A stretch of DNA of 63,947 bases, the filler included, from Perkinsus chesapeaki ATCC PRA-425 (taxonomy: Eukaryota > Protista > Perkinsozoa), in assembly GCA_013115145.1 (NCBI GenBank). It is 10 parts of 10 records of this genome, joined end to end, with 100 filler letters (N's around TTAATTAATTAA, not from the genome) between each part and the next. Parts side by side here need not be neighbours in the genome. Positions count along the whole stretch, not along the records: positions 1 to 10,831 come from JAAPAO010000872.1; positions 10,932 to 13,359 come from JAAPAO010001607.1; 8 more parts are not named here. The stretch is one strand, 5' to 3'. Position 1 is the first letter of the stretch; each line of letters begins with the position of its first letter. The position numbers and the translations under genes were made by a program. The notes under the pieces were generated by a model. It did no database searches. It had not been told where the DNA came from and worked only from the letters and a program-made list of their open reading frames with translations. Shown piece after piece: positions 1 to 11,853 of this stretch.

Positions 1-150
1 CCGCTCGCTTGGGTGCACTGCGCTGCCCCATCCGCCTTCGTGAGAGAGAGTTGGTTGATGACGTAAAACTAAGATAATCTGATGGCTTATTATGGTCGTA
101 TGCGTGAAGTTATGATGAAGTCGGCTGAAAAGTGGAAGAATAAAGTCTGA
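1..150 (+). CDS. 3' end of a FAX/metaxin GST-like paralog (partial, 5' outside window)
   Basis: Reads ...SAFVRE...DNLMAYYGRMREVMMKSAEKWKNKV*, matching the C-terminus of the downstream gene (SAFCQE...DNLMSYYERM). The junction near 50-73 needs a very short intron or a frameshift. Confidence 0.5.
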
Positions 151-648
151 TTTTTTTATGTCTTTCCAATATGTGTCTCCTATTGTGGTGTATTGTGTTC
201 ACAGTGGGGTATTGGACGCAACGAATTGTTAAAGACCATACGGAGTTTTCCTTTTTTTCCATCAGAATTCAACGGTCCGCTTCTCGATAGAGTCGTGGCC
301 CAACTGAATCTCTTTTGAGTATCTTGTGACACTTGTATATCTCGCGTATGGGGCTTCGTTTAGCCTTACGGAAATCGGCCCTTGCTGGTCCACTGTGAGA
401 TGTGACAGGGAATACGTTTTCGATCGAAAAAAGTTTATGAATAGAATTCTTCTGGGTTAACTATTAGACCGAGAAGCGGAGGCAAAGTGACTTTGAGCTC
501 AATAAGTTGAGCTTCTAAAGATTTATTAAGCGTACGATGTTTCTCTATGACTCGAAGTGGAGCTCGGGACACTTTAAAGGGAAACATTCTAACTGTTGAG
601 GGTTTTTCCTATTCTTGCTAGAAGCATTTTTAAGACTACTGCATTGTA

Positions 649-1822
649 ATGTCTGCCGCTACAAGTGAATTGAAGGACCATGTCTATATGTAAGAATGTT
701 CAACTGTTTGAGAGAAGTGTGGTATGAGCTTGTAGGTACATATTCAGTAACAAAGGTTCAGGGCCATCACCAACAGTCAGCCATTTCTGTGCTAAATTGC
801 AAGTCTGGCTCGATCTGGCCGGTGTCCCGTATTCCCTTATTAACCAAGAGACGCCTGCCGGGCCATACAGTAAGACCTCATCTGCACCACCTTGTGCATG
901 CGTGCAAATATATTGTGCGACAAGTACCACTGATCTTTTTTCATGCTGCAAATTTTGGTTATTTTCGAAACAAAAATAAAGTGAATATTGAAGGTAGAGT
1001 AAAACGGGGCCGACTAGTCAGGACAAAGCTCAAGTGTAAATAGATGCTATGAGCTTCCTCATTATACGTTTTTTATTATTTTTATGAGAGCTTCCCTTCG
1101 ACTTCACAGTGTGAAGTTTACACACTTTGTGAATATGTTTATAATATAAAGTAGACAATTCATATATCTTTGAGTCACGACATGAAACGGTTGATCGATT
1201 TTGCCTAAATCGATTGTGATCATCGATTGTGATATCTCTGGCAGATAAGCTTCCTTACATAAAGCTAAACGGCGAGGAATATGGTGATTCAAGTATCATT
1301 ATCGATACTCTGTCACATAAGCTCAACAAGAACTTGGACAAAACCCTCGATGAAAAGCAAAAGGCTGCCGGCCTGGCTGTAAAGAGAATGATCGAAGAAC
1401 ATACATTTTTCCTGCTCGTCGACGACAGATGGTCAAACCACCCAGATCTTTTTTCTGAGTATCTTGGTACCGTTCAATCGTACCCGTCGCTCATGAGACC
1501 GATTGTGAAAATGGTCGCCAGAAGACGTCTTCTGGGCGCCACTTACTCGCAAGGCGTTGGTCGTTTGCCCGATGAAGAAAAGAAAAAACGACTAAGTCAA
1601 GATGTCTCTTCGCTTGCAAGTATTCTCGGAAACAAGTCTTACATGTTAACCAACGACGAACCAACCGAAATCGATGCCACTGTGTTTGGTTTTATGCTAG
1701 CTGAGCTTGGCATCGACCCTGAATACACTAAGGTCTCAGCGTTCTGTCAAGAGTGTCAAAAATATGACAACTTAATGAGCTATTATGAACGTATGAGTGA
1801 TAAGATTAAGATAAGCAAATAA
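649..1822 (+). CDS. Failed-axon-connections/metaxin-like GST-fold protein (3 exons)
   Basis: Spliced reading MSAATSELKDHVYM|YIFSNKGSGPSPTVSHFCAKLQVWLDLAGVPY...GPY|NKLPYIKLNGEEYGDSSIII...EPTEIDATVFG. GT-AG introns at about 690-735 and 869-1243. Motifs are typical of the FAX/metaxin thioredoxin-like and GST-C domains. Confidence 0.8.
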
Positions 1823-3274
1823 ACGACTGCATTGTGCCGCATATCTGTCTGAAGGACTTTTTATTACTATCATAGTCCCCTGGTGAGAACATCCCACCCC
1901 ACGAACGATTGCGTTCCTTGGGGGAATATCGAACCACTACCTTCGCTGTGGGTACTGTCGACAAAAAAATGGTATGACCGTATCTTAAGTGTCTCCTGCA
2001 TTATCCGTTTTATAGTCAGTCAAGATATTAGTCTCTCTAACATATTAGTTTTGTTACCAGTTTCGTGGGGATCAAGTGAAGATGGCTTGTGCAATAACTA
2101 ATCAATATCTTTTAAGGGAAATGTCAGTACAATGATATGTTTTAGTCCCTACTGGGTCTGTTTTAGAGCATGTTATTATCTATTCAGGATTGGGTAATCA
2201 GCTTGATAATGACTCAACATTGCATATGATATATCCATCGATCTCGAAGATACCTCATTAAAGTCGAAACCGCTCAAGAAATTGCGAGGCTGCCACCTCG
2301 AGCGGATCTCAGAAAGGGAAGCGAGAAAGACTTTCAAGAGGATAATGATGACGACATCAACCCCAGTGGGCCCGGCAGTATTTGCACGATGCTCCTGATA
2401 TGACCATCAATTGCGAGCTCTATCGAGGCTTCGCGCAGACTTGATGCGAAAGGTTGCCGGTTCGATTCTCGGTCAAAGGATCTAAGGTATGCCGTTACTT
2501 CACTTGGTTTTTTACCTGGATCGGACTCTTTGAGGGCTACGATACCGTGTTTACATCTTTTCCGGCCATGAATAAGCCCGTCTTCATCCAACAACCCGTT
2601 GGTGAATTCCATTTAGGGTCGCAGATCCGTACCTTCCAGCATCGTTTGCTTGCTAAATGATACAGCAGGGGCGGATTTCGGGTTGATATGCTCACTCGAA
2701 AACCATGATGTTGCCAAGCTTCAGGACCAGTAACATTGCCCATGTGAAACAGACTCATCCACCACAGCGTTCGCGACACAATTTCTGTCCCCCTAGGTAG
2801 TGTGGCTGAACAGTCCCGCCCGTGCCGAATCCGGAGACATCGGGAAGTATCTTCAACATTTACAATCTGACAATAGAAGAGCCCTTTAGAAGCTACACTG
2901 GCAACGGGGTCAGGTGGCCGAGCTCTATCAGTTGTTATATGTTCATTACCTTAGGAAAGTATTCCCTGCTATATTTCGCGGCATAATTTAGCCTCTTTGC
3001 CCGACTGCCTTTACGGTTTTCGTCTCATACTTTTGTCATGTATGATTAGCATAAGCTCTTATCATCGTTAAGCGTAAAATTTCGAGTGAGTGTTGTCTCC
3101 ACCTGTCGAGCTGTCCCATTTGCACAAACATCAACAGCACACCACTGCCGCTATTTAACTCTCTTTTCCTAGCTAAATCATCCTCCGAACTATCATACGA
3201 TTTTTTGCACAGTTTTGCGCCACCTCGAAAAAATCAAAGAATACGAACTTACTTCGTAGTTTGGTTTTTCTGTT

Positions 3275-5233
3275 ATGCGTTTTCTCGCCGGAGCATTCGC
3301 TGCCTTGGCGCTGTCCATCGGGCTATCTGGTTGCTCTAGCTCAAAGAGCACAACAACTACAACTACTCCCAAACCATCGGGCTCTCAGTCCAATACCGCT
3401 ACTGGTGCCCCTCTCCCTAAGGGGGAAGTGGGTATCCAAAACGGTCCTATCTCCGGCTTGACGGTGCCGAAAAACACTACTAAGCAGCAACCGATCATTC
3501 AAGACGTCGAGGTGTTCTATGGTATTCCCTTCGCCAAGTCTCCTGTTGGAGATCTGAGGTTCAAGGCTCCTCAAGAGTACGATGAGCAGTGGTCCTCAGC
3601 TAAGAAGATGATTACTAAGTCCAATCATTGCCCTGATAAGTACGGCCGCGGAAATGAAGACTGTCTTTACCTTAACGTTTTCCGTCCGGCAAATGCAACT
3701 ACTGACTCAAAGCTCCCGGTGATGGCTTGGATATTTGGTGGTGGATTCGTGGATGGTGACGCTGCTGATTCTGATTATGATGGCAGTGCGTTGGCCTCGC
3801 AGCATAATGTTATTGTTGTTAGTATGAACTACAGGCTTGGTGACCTTGGGTACTTTGCCTCTCCTGCATCGTTGCAGCAGGAAGGCACTACTGGTAACTG
3901 GGGTCAAATGGATCAACAAATGGCATTAAAGTGGATACAGAGGAATATCGGTGCATTTGGTGGTGACGAGGATAGGGTTTTACTGTTTGGTGAATCAGCC
4001 GGTGCCTTCAGTGTTGTATGGCATATTGCCGCACCCAGTAGTGCTGGTCTCTTCCACTCGGCTGTCCTCGAGTCCAGTACCAGCCACACTGATATATTTT
4101 TCCAGCAGCCCGATGATGCTTATCGTTATTATGATTGGGTTGCGCAAGAACTTGTTGGTTGCAAAGATGCTAATGATATGGATTGCCTTCGTAAGGCAGA
4201 TGCCTCCAAATTCACCCTCCCCAAGAACGTTCGTTTCGACCCCGAGAAGTGTCCCGAATGGGGCTCTCCGATCTTCCCTATGATGCCAGTTGGACCTTGC
4301 ATCGATGGCAAGATTCTTCCGGATATTCCTTTGAACATGGTTAAGAAGGGCAAGTTCAACAAGGTGCCCACGATTGTCGGTACGAACCGTGATGAGGGCA
4401 CTGCTTTCGTTGCTGGACTATCAGGAGTTGTTCCTGGTGTGCCGAGACAACCCGATATGGATGACGTTAACACACTCCTGTTTTACATGCTTCAGAATGA
4501 GACCGCCGTCAACGAGGCATTGGCTTCTTACCCCGTGGCTGACTACGCTACAACTTATGGTGCTGATAGCCAGGGCTTCGAGCTGGCCTCTGAGATGATA
4601 CGTGATGCTATCTTCCACTGTCCTAGCCAGGAGTTGGCCCAAGCCATCACAGACCAGGGAGGAGATGCCTACGTTTACCTCTTCAATATGGACCCTATTT
4701 TCCCTAAGTGGGTCGATAAGATCAATACTGGTGACAAGCCCTTGTTCGGTTTTGGTAACTTCACTCCAGAGCAGATGGGAACTTTCCATACTGCAGAGAT
4801 TCCCTTCGTCTTCAAGCGTTTCGAGGACCACGGTGTGACTATGAAGGACCCCAACATGTACGAGGTTTACATGGGACACCCTCCACGCAACCCTGGTGAT
4901 GTCTACCATGAAGTATCAGATCAGATTTCGTGTATGTGGGCGAGCATGGCCGCTAGTGGGAAGCCCAACGGGGACGGTGTTGTTTGTCCACCTCATCCTG
5001 ACCTTCCCGATTGGGGCACTTATTTGGGTAACCCCAGCAACTCCTTGGGACAATATCTTCATCTAGGCCGGGATGTGAAGATGGATCCCTTGGCCCAAAC
5101 AAATGCATATCCTCACTCAGAGTTTGCTAGTAAAGATGTTTGTAAGTTCTGGAATGCCCAGCAGTTCAGATTTCACGACTTGAGGAGCGATCTCACCAAT
5201 AGCACGGCAAAGACCGTCTCCTTCGTCGTATGA
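3275..5233 (+). CDS. Type-B carboxylesterase (cholinesterase fold), copy 1, intronless, lipobox-like N-terminus
   Basis: 652-aa ORF with FYGIPFA, EDCLYLNV, WIFGGGF, GNWGQMDQ, GESAG (catalytic Ser), NRDEG (Glu) and GTFHTAEIPFVF (His). Confidence 0.92.
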   Translation: MRFLAGAFAALALSIGLSGCSSSKSTTTTTTPKPSGSQSNTATGAPLPKGEVGIQNGPISGLTVPKNTTKQQPIIQDVEVFYGIPFAKSPVGDLRFKAPQEYDEQWSSAKKMITKSNHCPDKYGRGNEDCLYLNVFRPANATTDSKLPVMAWIFGGGFVDGDAADSDYDGSALASQHNVIVVSMNYRLGDLGYFASPASLQQEGTTGNWGQMDQQMALKWIQRNIGAFGGDEDRVLLFGESAGAFSVVWHIAAPSSAGLFHSAVLESSTSHTDIFFQQPDDAYRYYDWVAQELVGCKDANDMDCLRKADASKFTLPKNVRFDPEKCPEWGSPIFPMMPVGPCIDGKILPDIPLNMVKKGKFNKVPTIVGTNRDEGTAFVAGLSGVVPGVPRQPDMDDVNTLLFYMLQNETAVNEALASYPVADYATTYGADSQGFELASEMIRDAIFHCPSQELAQAITDQGGDAYVYLFNMDPIFPKWVDKINTGDKPLFGFGNFTPEQMGTFHTAEIPFVFKRFEDHGVTMKDPNMYEVYMGHPPRNPGDVYHEVSDQISCMWASMAASGKPNGDGVVCPPHPDLPDWGTYLGNPSNSLGQYLHLGRDVKMDPLAQTNAYPHSEFASKDVCKFWNAQQFRFHDLRSDLTNSTAKTVSFVV

Positions 5234-5627
5234 GCCCTTCCATTTGCCTTCTATAGTATTTTGAAACACACACGCCTTTATTGACAATTATTTGGCTACA
5301 AGTCATGGTCGGCATTCCGCTTTAGTGCAGATCTTTTTTGCCGCCGTGTCTTGCGAACTCGAGCTGAAAGCTCCTTTTGTCACCCCTCCAATGTGGCGGT
5401 TACATATTGTCTAATTACCCGTCTTGAGTACATCAATCATATTGGGAGTGGGAGGTAGACAACTTTTGTGTCGATCTGCACGCACGCGCAAGAGAGGGCT
5501 CTGAGGGGACTGGTCCTACGAGAAGCTAGCAATGTTCTGTACCACGCTTTGACTTTCAGTCTTTATATTCCTGTAGTTAGCGCCCCTTATTGTTCGTCTT
5601 TAGCATTGTGCGATTTCCTTTTTTGGT

Positions 5628-7604
5628 ATGAAAATTTCCGTGCCGGTATGCTCCGCCCTGGGTGCCTTAGCTTTAGCCCTATCTGGTTGCTCTTCCTCGA
5701 GCACCACACCACCCCCAACACACAGTCCCGCTTCGGTGCCGACAACTCCCGCTCCTACGACTCCTTCCAAGTCAGTAGTCGCCAGTGTTGAAACTGAGGC
5801 GGGTCCGATGGCAGGTGTCCTTTATTCGGCGAACCTCACTTACCAACAGCCGATCATACAGGACGTCGAGATATTCTATGGTATCCCATTTGCCGACCCT
5901 CCAGTGCGAGACCTCCGATTCCGAGCTCCTCACGAGTTCAGTGATACATGGAGCTCACCAAAGTTGATGGACACCAAGAAGAGCCCATGTGTTAATAGCG
6001 GTGGCAAGGGCGATGAGGATTGCCTCTACCTCAACGTGTTCCGTCCCGCCAACGCTACTGCCAATTCCAGTCTACCGGTGATGGCCTGGATATTTGGTGG
6101 CGGACTCGTTAATGGTGACGCTGCCGATTCGAACTACGATGGCAGCGCCTTGGCCTCGCAGCATAATGTTATTGTTGTTACGATGAACTACAGGCTTGGT
6201 ACCTTCGGTTACTTCGCGTCTGATTCCTCAATGGGGGAGGAAGGCACTACTGGTAACTGGGGTCAAATGGATCAACAAATGGCATTGAAGTGGATACAGA
6301 AGAATATCGGTGCATTTGGTGGTGACAAGGATAGGGTTTTACTGTTTGGTGAATCAGCCGGTGCCTTCAGTGTTGTATGGCATATTGCCGCACCCAGTAG
6401 TGCTGGTCTCTTCCACTCGGCTGTCCTCGAGTCCAGTACCAGCCACACTGATATATTTTTCCAGCAGCCCGATGATGCTTATCGTTATTATGATTGGGTT
6501 GCTCAAGAACTTGTTGGTTGCAAAGATGCTAATGATATGGATTGCCTTCGTAAGGCTGATGCCTCCAAATTCACCCTCCCCAAGGACGTCCGTTTCAATG
6601 CATCAATAGCTCCTGAGTGGGGCTCTCCCATTTTCCCTATGATGCCAGTTGGGCCTTGCATCGATGGAAGTATCCTCCTCGATACCCCTTTGAATGTGGT
6701 GAAGGCCGGAAAGCACAACAAAGTCCCCACTATTGTCGGTGTCAACCGTGATGAAGGCACTGGTTTCGTTGCAGCCCTATCGGGAGTGATGCCGGGCATC
6801 CCTAAGCAGCCAACTCTGTCTGACGTCCGGAAGATACTTTTCTATGTTCTCCAGAATGAAACGGCGATCGACGAGGCGCTTGGTCAGTATGCCTTGGATA
6901 ATTACGATGATGTGTACGGTGAAGTAAACCAAGGCTTTGAGCTCGCCTCTGAAATGATCAGGGATGCCATCTTCCATTGTCCGAGCCGTGCCTTCGCTAA
7001 GGCTTTGAGTGAACAAGGCGACGATGCTTACGTCTACCTGTTTAACATGAACCCTATTTTTCCGAAGTGGATCCAGGAGATCAATACTGGCGACCAACCT
7101 ATGTTCGGTTTTGGTAACTTCACTCCAGAGCAGATGGGTACATTCCATTCTGCGGAGATTCCCTTTGTCTTCAAGCGCTTTGAAGAGCGCTCTATGAGCC
7201 TCCTCGAGATAAACATGTACCAAGCTTACATGGGTCATCCACCTCGTGAGCCAGGCGATGCCTTCCATGGTGTATCTGACAAAATGTCTTGCATGTGGGC
7301 TAACATGGCTTATAGTGGCAAGCCCGTTGGTGGTGACGCTGTGTGCCCTCCAAACCCAGAGTTGCCTGATTGGGGCACCTACATGGCCAACAGCAGCAAT
7401 CCTCTTGGCCAATATCTCCATCTTGGTCGTTCAGTTGAAATGATGCCCGTGAAAAAATCTGTATACTATCCCGTGTCGGAGTTCGTTAGCTCCGACAAGT
7501 GCGATTTCTGGGATGCCCATGATTTCGTCTTCCATAATCTTCGCGCTGATCTCGAGTCGACTACTACTACTACCGCCACCATTCGTCCTACAGTTATCGT
7601 TTGA
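5628..7604 (+). CDS. Type-B carboxylesterase, copy 2, intronless
   Basis: 658-aa ORF with the same motifs (EDCLYLNV, GESAG, NRDEG, GTFHSAEIP). Tandem paralog of copy 1. Confidence 0.92.
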   Translation: MKISVPVCSALGALALALSGCSSSSTTPPPTHSPASVPTTPAPTTPSKSVVASVETEAGPMAGVLYSANLTYQQPIIQDVEIFYGIPFADPPVRDLRFRAPHEFSDTWSSPKLMDTKKSPCVNSGGKGDEDCLYLNVFRPANATANSSLPVMAWIFGGGLVNGDAADSNYDGSALASQHNVIVVTMNYRLGTFGYFASDSSMGEEGTTGNWGQMDQQMALKWIQKNIGAFGGDKDRVLLFGESAGAFSVVWHIAAPSSAGLFHSAVLESSTSHTDIFFQQPDDAYRYYDWVAQELVGCKDANDMDCLRKADASKFTLPKDVRFNASIAPEWGSPIFPMMPVGPCIDGSILLDTPLNVVKAGKHNKVPTIVGVNRDEGTGFVAALSGVMPGIPKQPTLSDVRKILFYVLQNETAIDEALGQYALDNYDDVYGEVNQGFELASEMIRDAIFHCPSRAFAKALSEQGDDAYVYLFNMNPIFPKWIQEINTGDQPMFGFGNFTPEQMGTFHSAEIPFVFKRFEERSMSLLEINMYQAYMGHPPREPGDAFHGVSDKMSCMWANMAYSGKPVGGDAVCPPNPELPDWGTYMANSSNPLGQYLHLGRSVEMMPVKKSVYYPVSEFVSSDKCDFWDAHDFVFHNLRADLESTTTTTATIRPTVIV

Positions 7605-8507
7605 AACACACGTTCCTGTTCCTACTAGGAAAACGGAAGTTCCCCTGGGAAGTTCCCAGTGGCATTTTCTGAGAGATCCTTCTCATCTCGTTTGCTTCTT
7701 CTCTTTGGGGCTGCGTTGTGCAGCTCCGTTTGTCCCCTTATTTCCTTGGGCTCCCAAAGTTGCCCTTAATATCTCTTGTTTGTCTTCTACATACACTTAC
7801 TACCACCATTTCTTCACCGTACAGGACACCTCTTGTGTTGTTCCAAGTAGGCCGAGGAAATTCGCGAAATCTCCGATGTGTTAGAGAAACGTAATGCGGA
7901 TATTTCACGAGTAAACAATTGTGAAACAAGCCTCACTGAGCTCATATTGGGGAGTCCACCTGGGTCTGGCTGCGTGGCAAGAATCACGGTATATGTATTA
8001 AACTCTCTCGGCAGTTGCGCATAGAAGGGATAGTCCAACGAAGCCTTCTTTGGCGTTGTACTATAAGTCAAGCACACGAATAAACACCCTACGCAATATC
8101 ATTGTCACAACTTGACGTCAGCTTACATAGTCTGACTATGATAGTCAAGGTTTGCTGCTTACTATTGAAAGGTTGCCCTCTGCGAGAATACATGATATCG
8201 TTTAATATAGCTTATCGGGTAGTTCAAATGGTGAAAACTGTTATTAGTCATGCTTATGTTGTCTTAAAACCCACGCGGCGCTACGTGCATCTGGCCGAGA
8301 CCTGGTACTGGTTTCACGCCAATCGCACTGTCTCCTTGTACGGGGTTGATACGCTAGTATGTTGTGCGGATCGACTAGCCTAGCTGAACCCGCCTCGAAT
8401 ACCACTGACAGACTCCAGTTTGTATTCGATATTGTTATCGATAATTATGGCTCATGTCGGTTCTCAAGTGTATCTGTTTCTCTAGTTTTTGGCTTATTTT
8501 TGACCCC

Positions 8508-10457
8508 ATGCGTTTCGCCGCCGTCTCGTGTGCAGCAGTGGCTGCCTTCTTCATCGCCGGTTGCTCGGAGGAGCCCAGTGCGAGCACTACTCCTGCAGCT
8601 CAACCATCGGGTGACCAGACCACTCCATCGCCTATAACGACAACTAGCTCTCCATCTTCACGCCAAGTTATGATCCAGAACGGCCCTATTGTTGGTGTTA
8701 CGTCTTATGCTAATATGACAAAGCAACAGCCGATTCGCCAAGATGTTGAAGTCTTCTATGGTATCCCCTTTGCTAATCCACCGGTAGGTGACCTTCGTTT
8801 TAAAGCTCCTAGGGAGTTCACCGACTCCTGGGATGACGTCGAGGAAATGAGCACTAAGAAGAGCATGTGCGTTCAGAGCAGCGGCAAAGGAGATGAGGAC
8901 TGCCTTTATCTCAATGTCTATCGTCCTGCTAATGCCACCGAAGCTGATAAGCTTCCTGTAATGGCTTGGATCTACGGTGGTGGTTATGTTAACGGCAATG
9001 CATTGAGCTACGATGGAACAGCTCTTGCTGCGGAGCACAACTCTATCGTCGTCACAATCAACTATAGGCTCGGACCACTTGGTTTTTTCGGTTCTCCAGC
9101 CTCGTTTGAGGAAGAGGGGACCACAGGCAACTGGGGACAACTTGACCAGCAACTAGCCTTGGAGTGGATCCAGAAGAATATTGCTGCCTTCGGTGGTGAC
9201 AAGGATCGAGTTATGATATTCGGTGAATCAGCCGGCGCATTCAGCGTCATGTGGCATTTGGCAGCTCCCGGTAGCGCTGGGCTTTTCCACTCTGCTATTC
9301 TTGAGTCTGGTACTAGCTACACTGGTATATTCTTCCAACAGCCCGAGGATGCTTATAAGTACTATAATTGGGTATCTCAGGAACTTATTGGCTGTGCCGA
9401 TGGTAACGACCTGTCTTGCTTGCGCCAAGCCGATGCTTCCAAGTTTGCCTTGCCCAATGGTATCCGATTTGACCCTAGCGCCGCTCCTGAGTGGGCATCT
9501 CCGATATTCCCCGCTATGCCTGTTGGTCCTATTATCGACGGTGTCGCTCTACCCGATGTTCCTCTGGAGGTCGTTCGATCTGGCAAACACAACAATGTCT
9601 CCACCATTGCTGGTGTTAACCATGACGAAGGCAGTGGATTCGTCCTCATGCTCAAATCTCTTGTGCCTGATGTTCCTGCCATACCAACTGAGGAGTCTGT
9701 TAGGTCCACCATCCAGTACATGCTACAGGATGAGGAAGCCACGGAAGAGGCGATGAAGCTTTACCCGCCTGAGAACTTTGCTTCTGTCTACGGTGAGGAT
9801 AACATCGGGTTCGAGCTGGCAGCTGTGATGATCAGAGATGCTATCTTCCACTGTCCAACAATGGCCCTTGCTGAAGCTCTCACTAAACAGGGAGGAAGCA
9901 GCTACATGTATGGCTTTCAAATGAACCCCTTGTTCCCTAAAATGGTAGCTAACATTAACACTGGTGATATCCCCGGCTTAAACTTTGGCAACTTCACAGT
10001 TAATCAGATAGGGACTTTCCATTCTGCTGAGATTCCCTTCGTTTTCAAGAGCTTCAGCGACAAGGCGGTGTCTCTGAAGAGCCCTAATATGTATGACCTA
10101 TACATGGGTCACCCCCCTCGTAAGCCTGGTGATTCTTATCATGTTGTATCCGATAAGTTTTCCTGTATGTGGGCGAACATGGCCTCTGGTGCTTCACCTG
10201 TTGACGGCGGTGCTACTTGCCCAGCTAAGCCGGATTTGACTGAGTGGGGGCAATACTTGGGAAACTCCGAGAACCCATTGGGTCAGTATCTTCATATTGG
10301 TACCGATGTTGAGATGAGAAGTATCCGTGAGGACAACCAGTATCCTGATGCTGAGTTCCCTAACGTTGAAGTGTGTGAATTTTGGAATTCTCACCCGATA
10401 GTCTTCCACAACTTACGAGCCGATTTGGCTGCTACTACCACAACTGTTCAAGTGTGA
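8508..10457 (+). CDS. Type-B carboxylesterase, copy 3, intronless
   Basis: Start set at the ATG at 8508 (MRFAAVSC...) by parallel with copy 1. Contains EDCLYLNV, WIYGGGY, GESAG, NHDEG and GTFHSAEIP. Confidence 0.9.
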   Translation: MRFAAVSCAAVAAFFIAGCSEEPSASTTPAAQPSGDQTTPSPITTTSSPSSRQVMIQNGPIVGVTSYANMTKQQPIRQDVEVFYGIPFANPPVGDLRFKAPREFTDSWDDVEEMSTKKSMCVQSSGKGDEDCLYLNVYRPANATEADKLPVMAWIYGGGYVNGNALSYDGTALAAEHNSIVVTINYRLGPLGFFGSPASFEEEGTTGNWGQLDQQLALEWIQKNIAAFGGDKDRVMIFGESAGAFSVMWHLAAPGSAGLFHSAILESGTSYTGIFFQQPEDAYKYYNWVSQELIGCADGNDLSCLRQADASKFALPNGIRFDPSAAPEWASPIFPAMPVGPIIDGVALPDVPLEVVRSGKHNNVSTIAGVNHDEGSGFVLMLKSLVPDVPAIPTEESVRSTIQYMLQDEEATEEAMKLYPPENFASVYGEDNIGFELAAVMIRDAIFHCPTMALAEALTKQGGSSYMYGFQMNPLFPKMVANINTGDIPGLNFGNFTVNQIGTFHSAEIPFVFKSFSDKAVSLKSPNMYDLYMGHPPRKPGDSYHVVSDKFSCMWANMASGASPVDGGATCPAKPDLTEWGQYLGNSENPLGQYLHIGTDVEMRSIREDNQYPDAEFPNVEVCEFWNSHPIVFHNLRADLAATTTTVQV

Positions 10458-10687
10458 TTTGATTGGTATTTTGACAACGATACTCTATTTACTTTTCTTC
10501 TTTACTTCAAATATTTGCCATCCAGAAGCGATGAGTAACTTGTTAGTTTTGACCAATACATTGTCAAGAGAATGGACCCCAGAGGTGCGTTAGCGTTGCG
10601 TTGAAAAAGCAGTCAATGTCGATGCCTGTTCCACTGTGTAGCTTCCACTGTACACAACAATGTGCTGATATAGCTTCAATAGATGAC

Positions 10688-10831
10688 TACACTTTTTTCA
10701 ACGACTATTTCGACAATAGTTTACGAAATTTACGTTAAGATTCTCGTTTAGTATCGGTCACTTCAATATACCCTGGGAGGTGGTAGTGGTGGTTTAGTAT
10801 CGGCCACTTCAATATACCCTGGGAGGTGGTA
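10688..10831 (+). repeat. Contig-terminal repeat family copy A: conserved flank plus 46-bp tandem units
   Basis: The unit core CTTCAATATACCCTGGGAGGTGGT occurs twice with period 46. The flank and core match the reverse complement of 54751-54922. Confidence 0.8.
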
Positions 10832-10931
10832 NNNNNNNNNNNNNNNNNNNNNNNNNNNNNNNNNNNNNNNNNNNNTTAATTAATTAANNNNNNNNNNNNN
10901 NNNNNNNNNNNNNNNNNNNNNNNNNNNNNNN
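10832..10931. other. Artificial contig-join spacer (N run with TTAATTAATTAA). Identical spacers at 13360-13459, 15268-15367, 33979-34078, 37189-37288, 38948-39047, 50092-50191, 54651-54750 and 62795-62894
   Basis: Each spacer is exactly 100 nt and contains the six-frame-stop palindrome TTAATTAATTAA. Confidence 0.97.

Positions 10932-11853
<922 letters not shown>

Noticed and set aside
2334-2779. Two overlapping minus-strand ORFs that might be one frameshifted relic
   Set aside because: No recognisable domain or splice structure.
4129-10409. Antisense and alternative-frame ORFs overlapping the esterases, duplicated between copies
   Set aside because: Shadows of the coding strand; their duplication simply reflects the paralogy and conversion tract.
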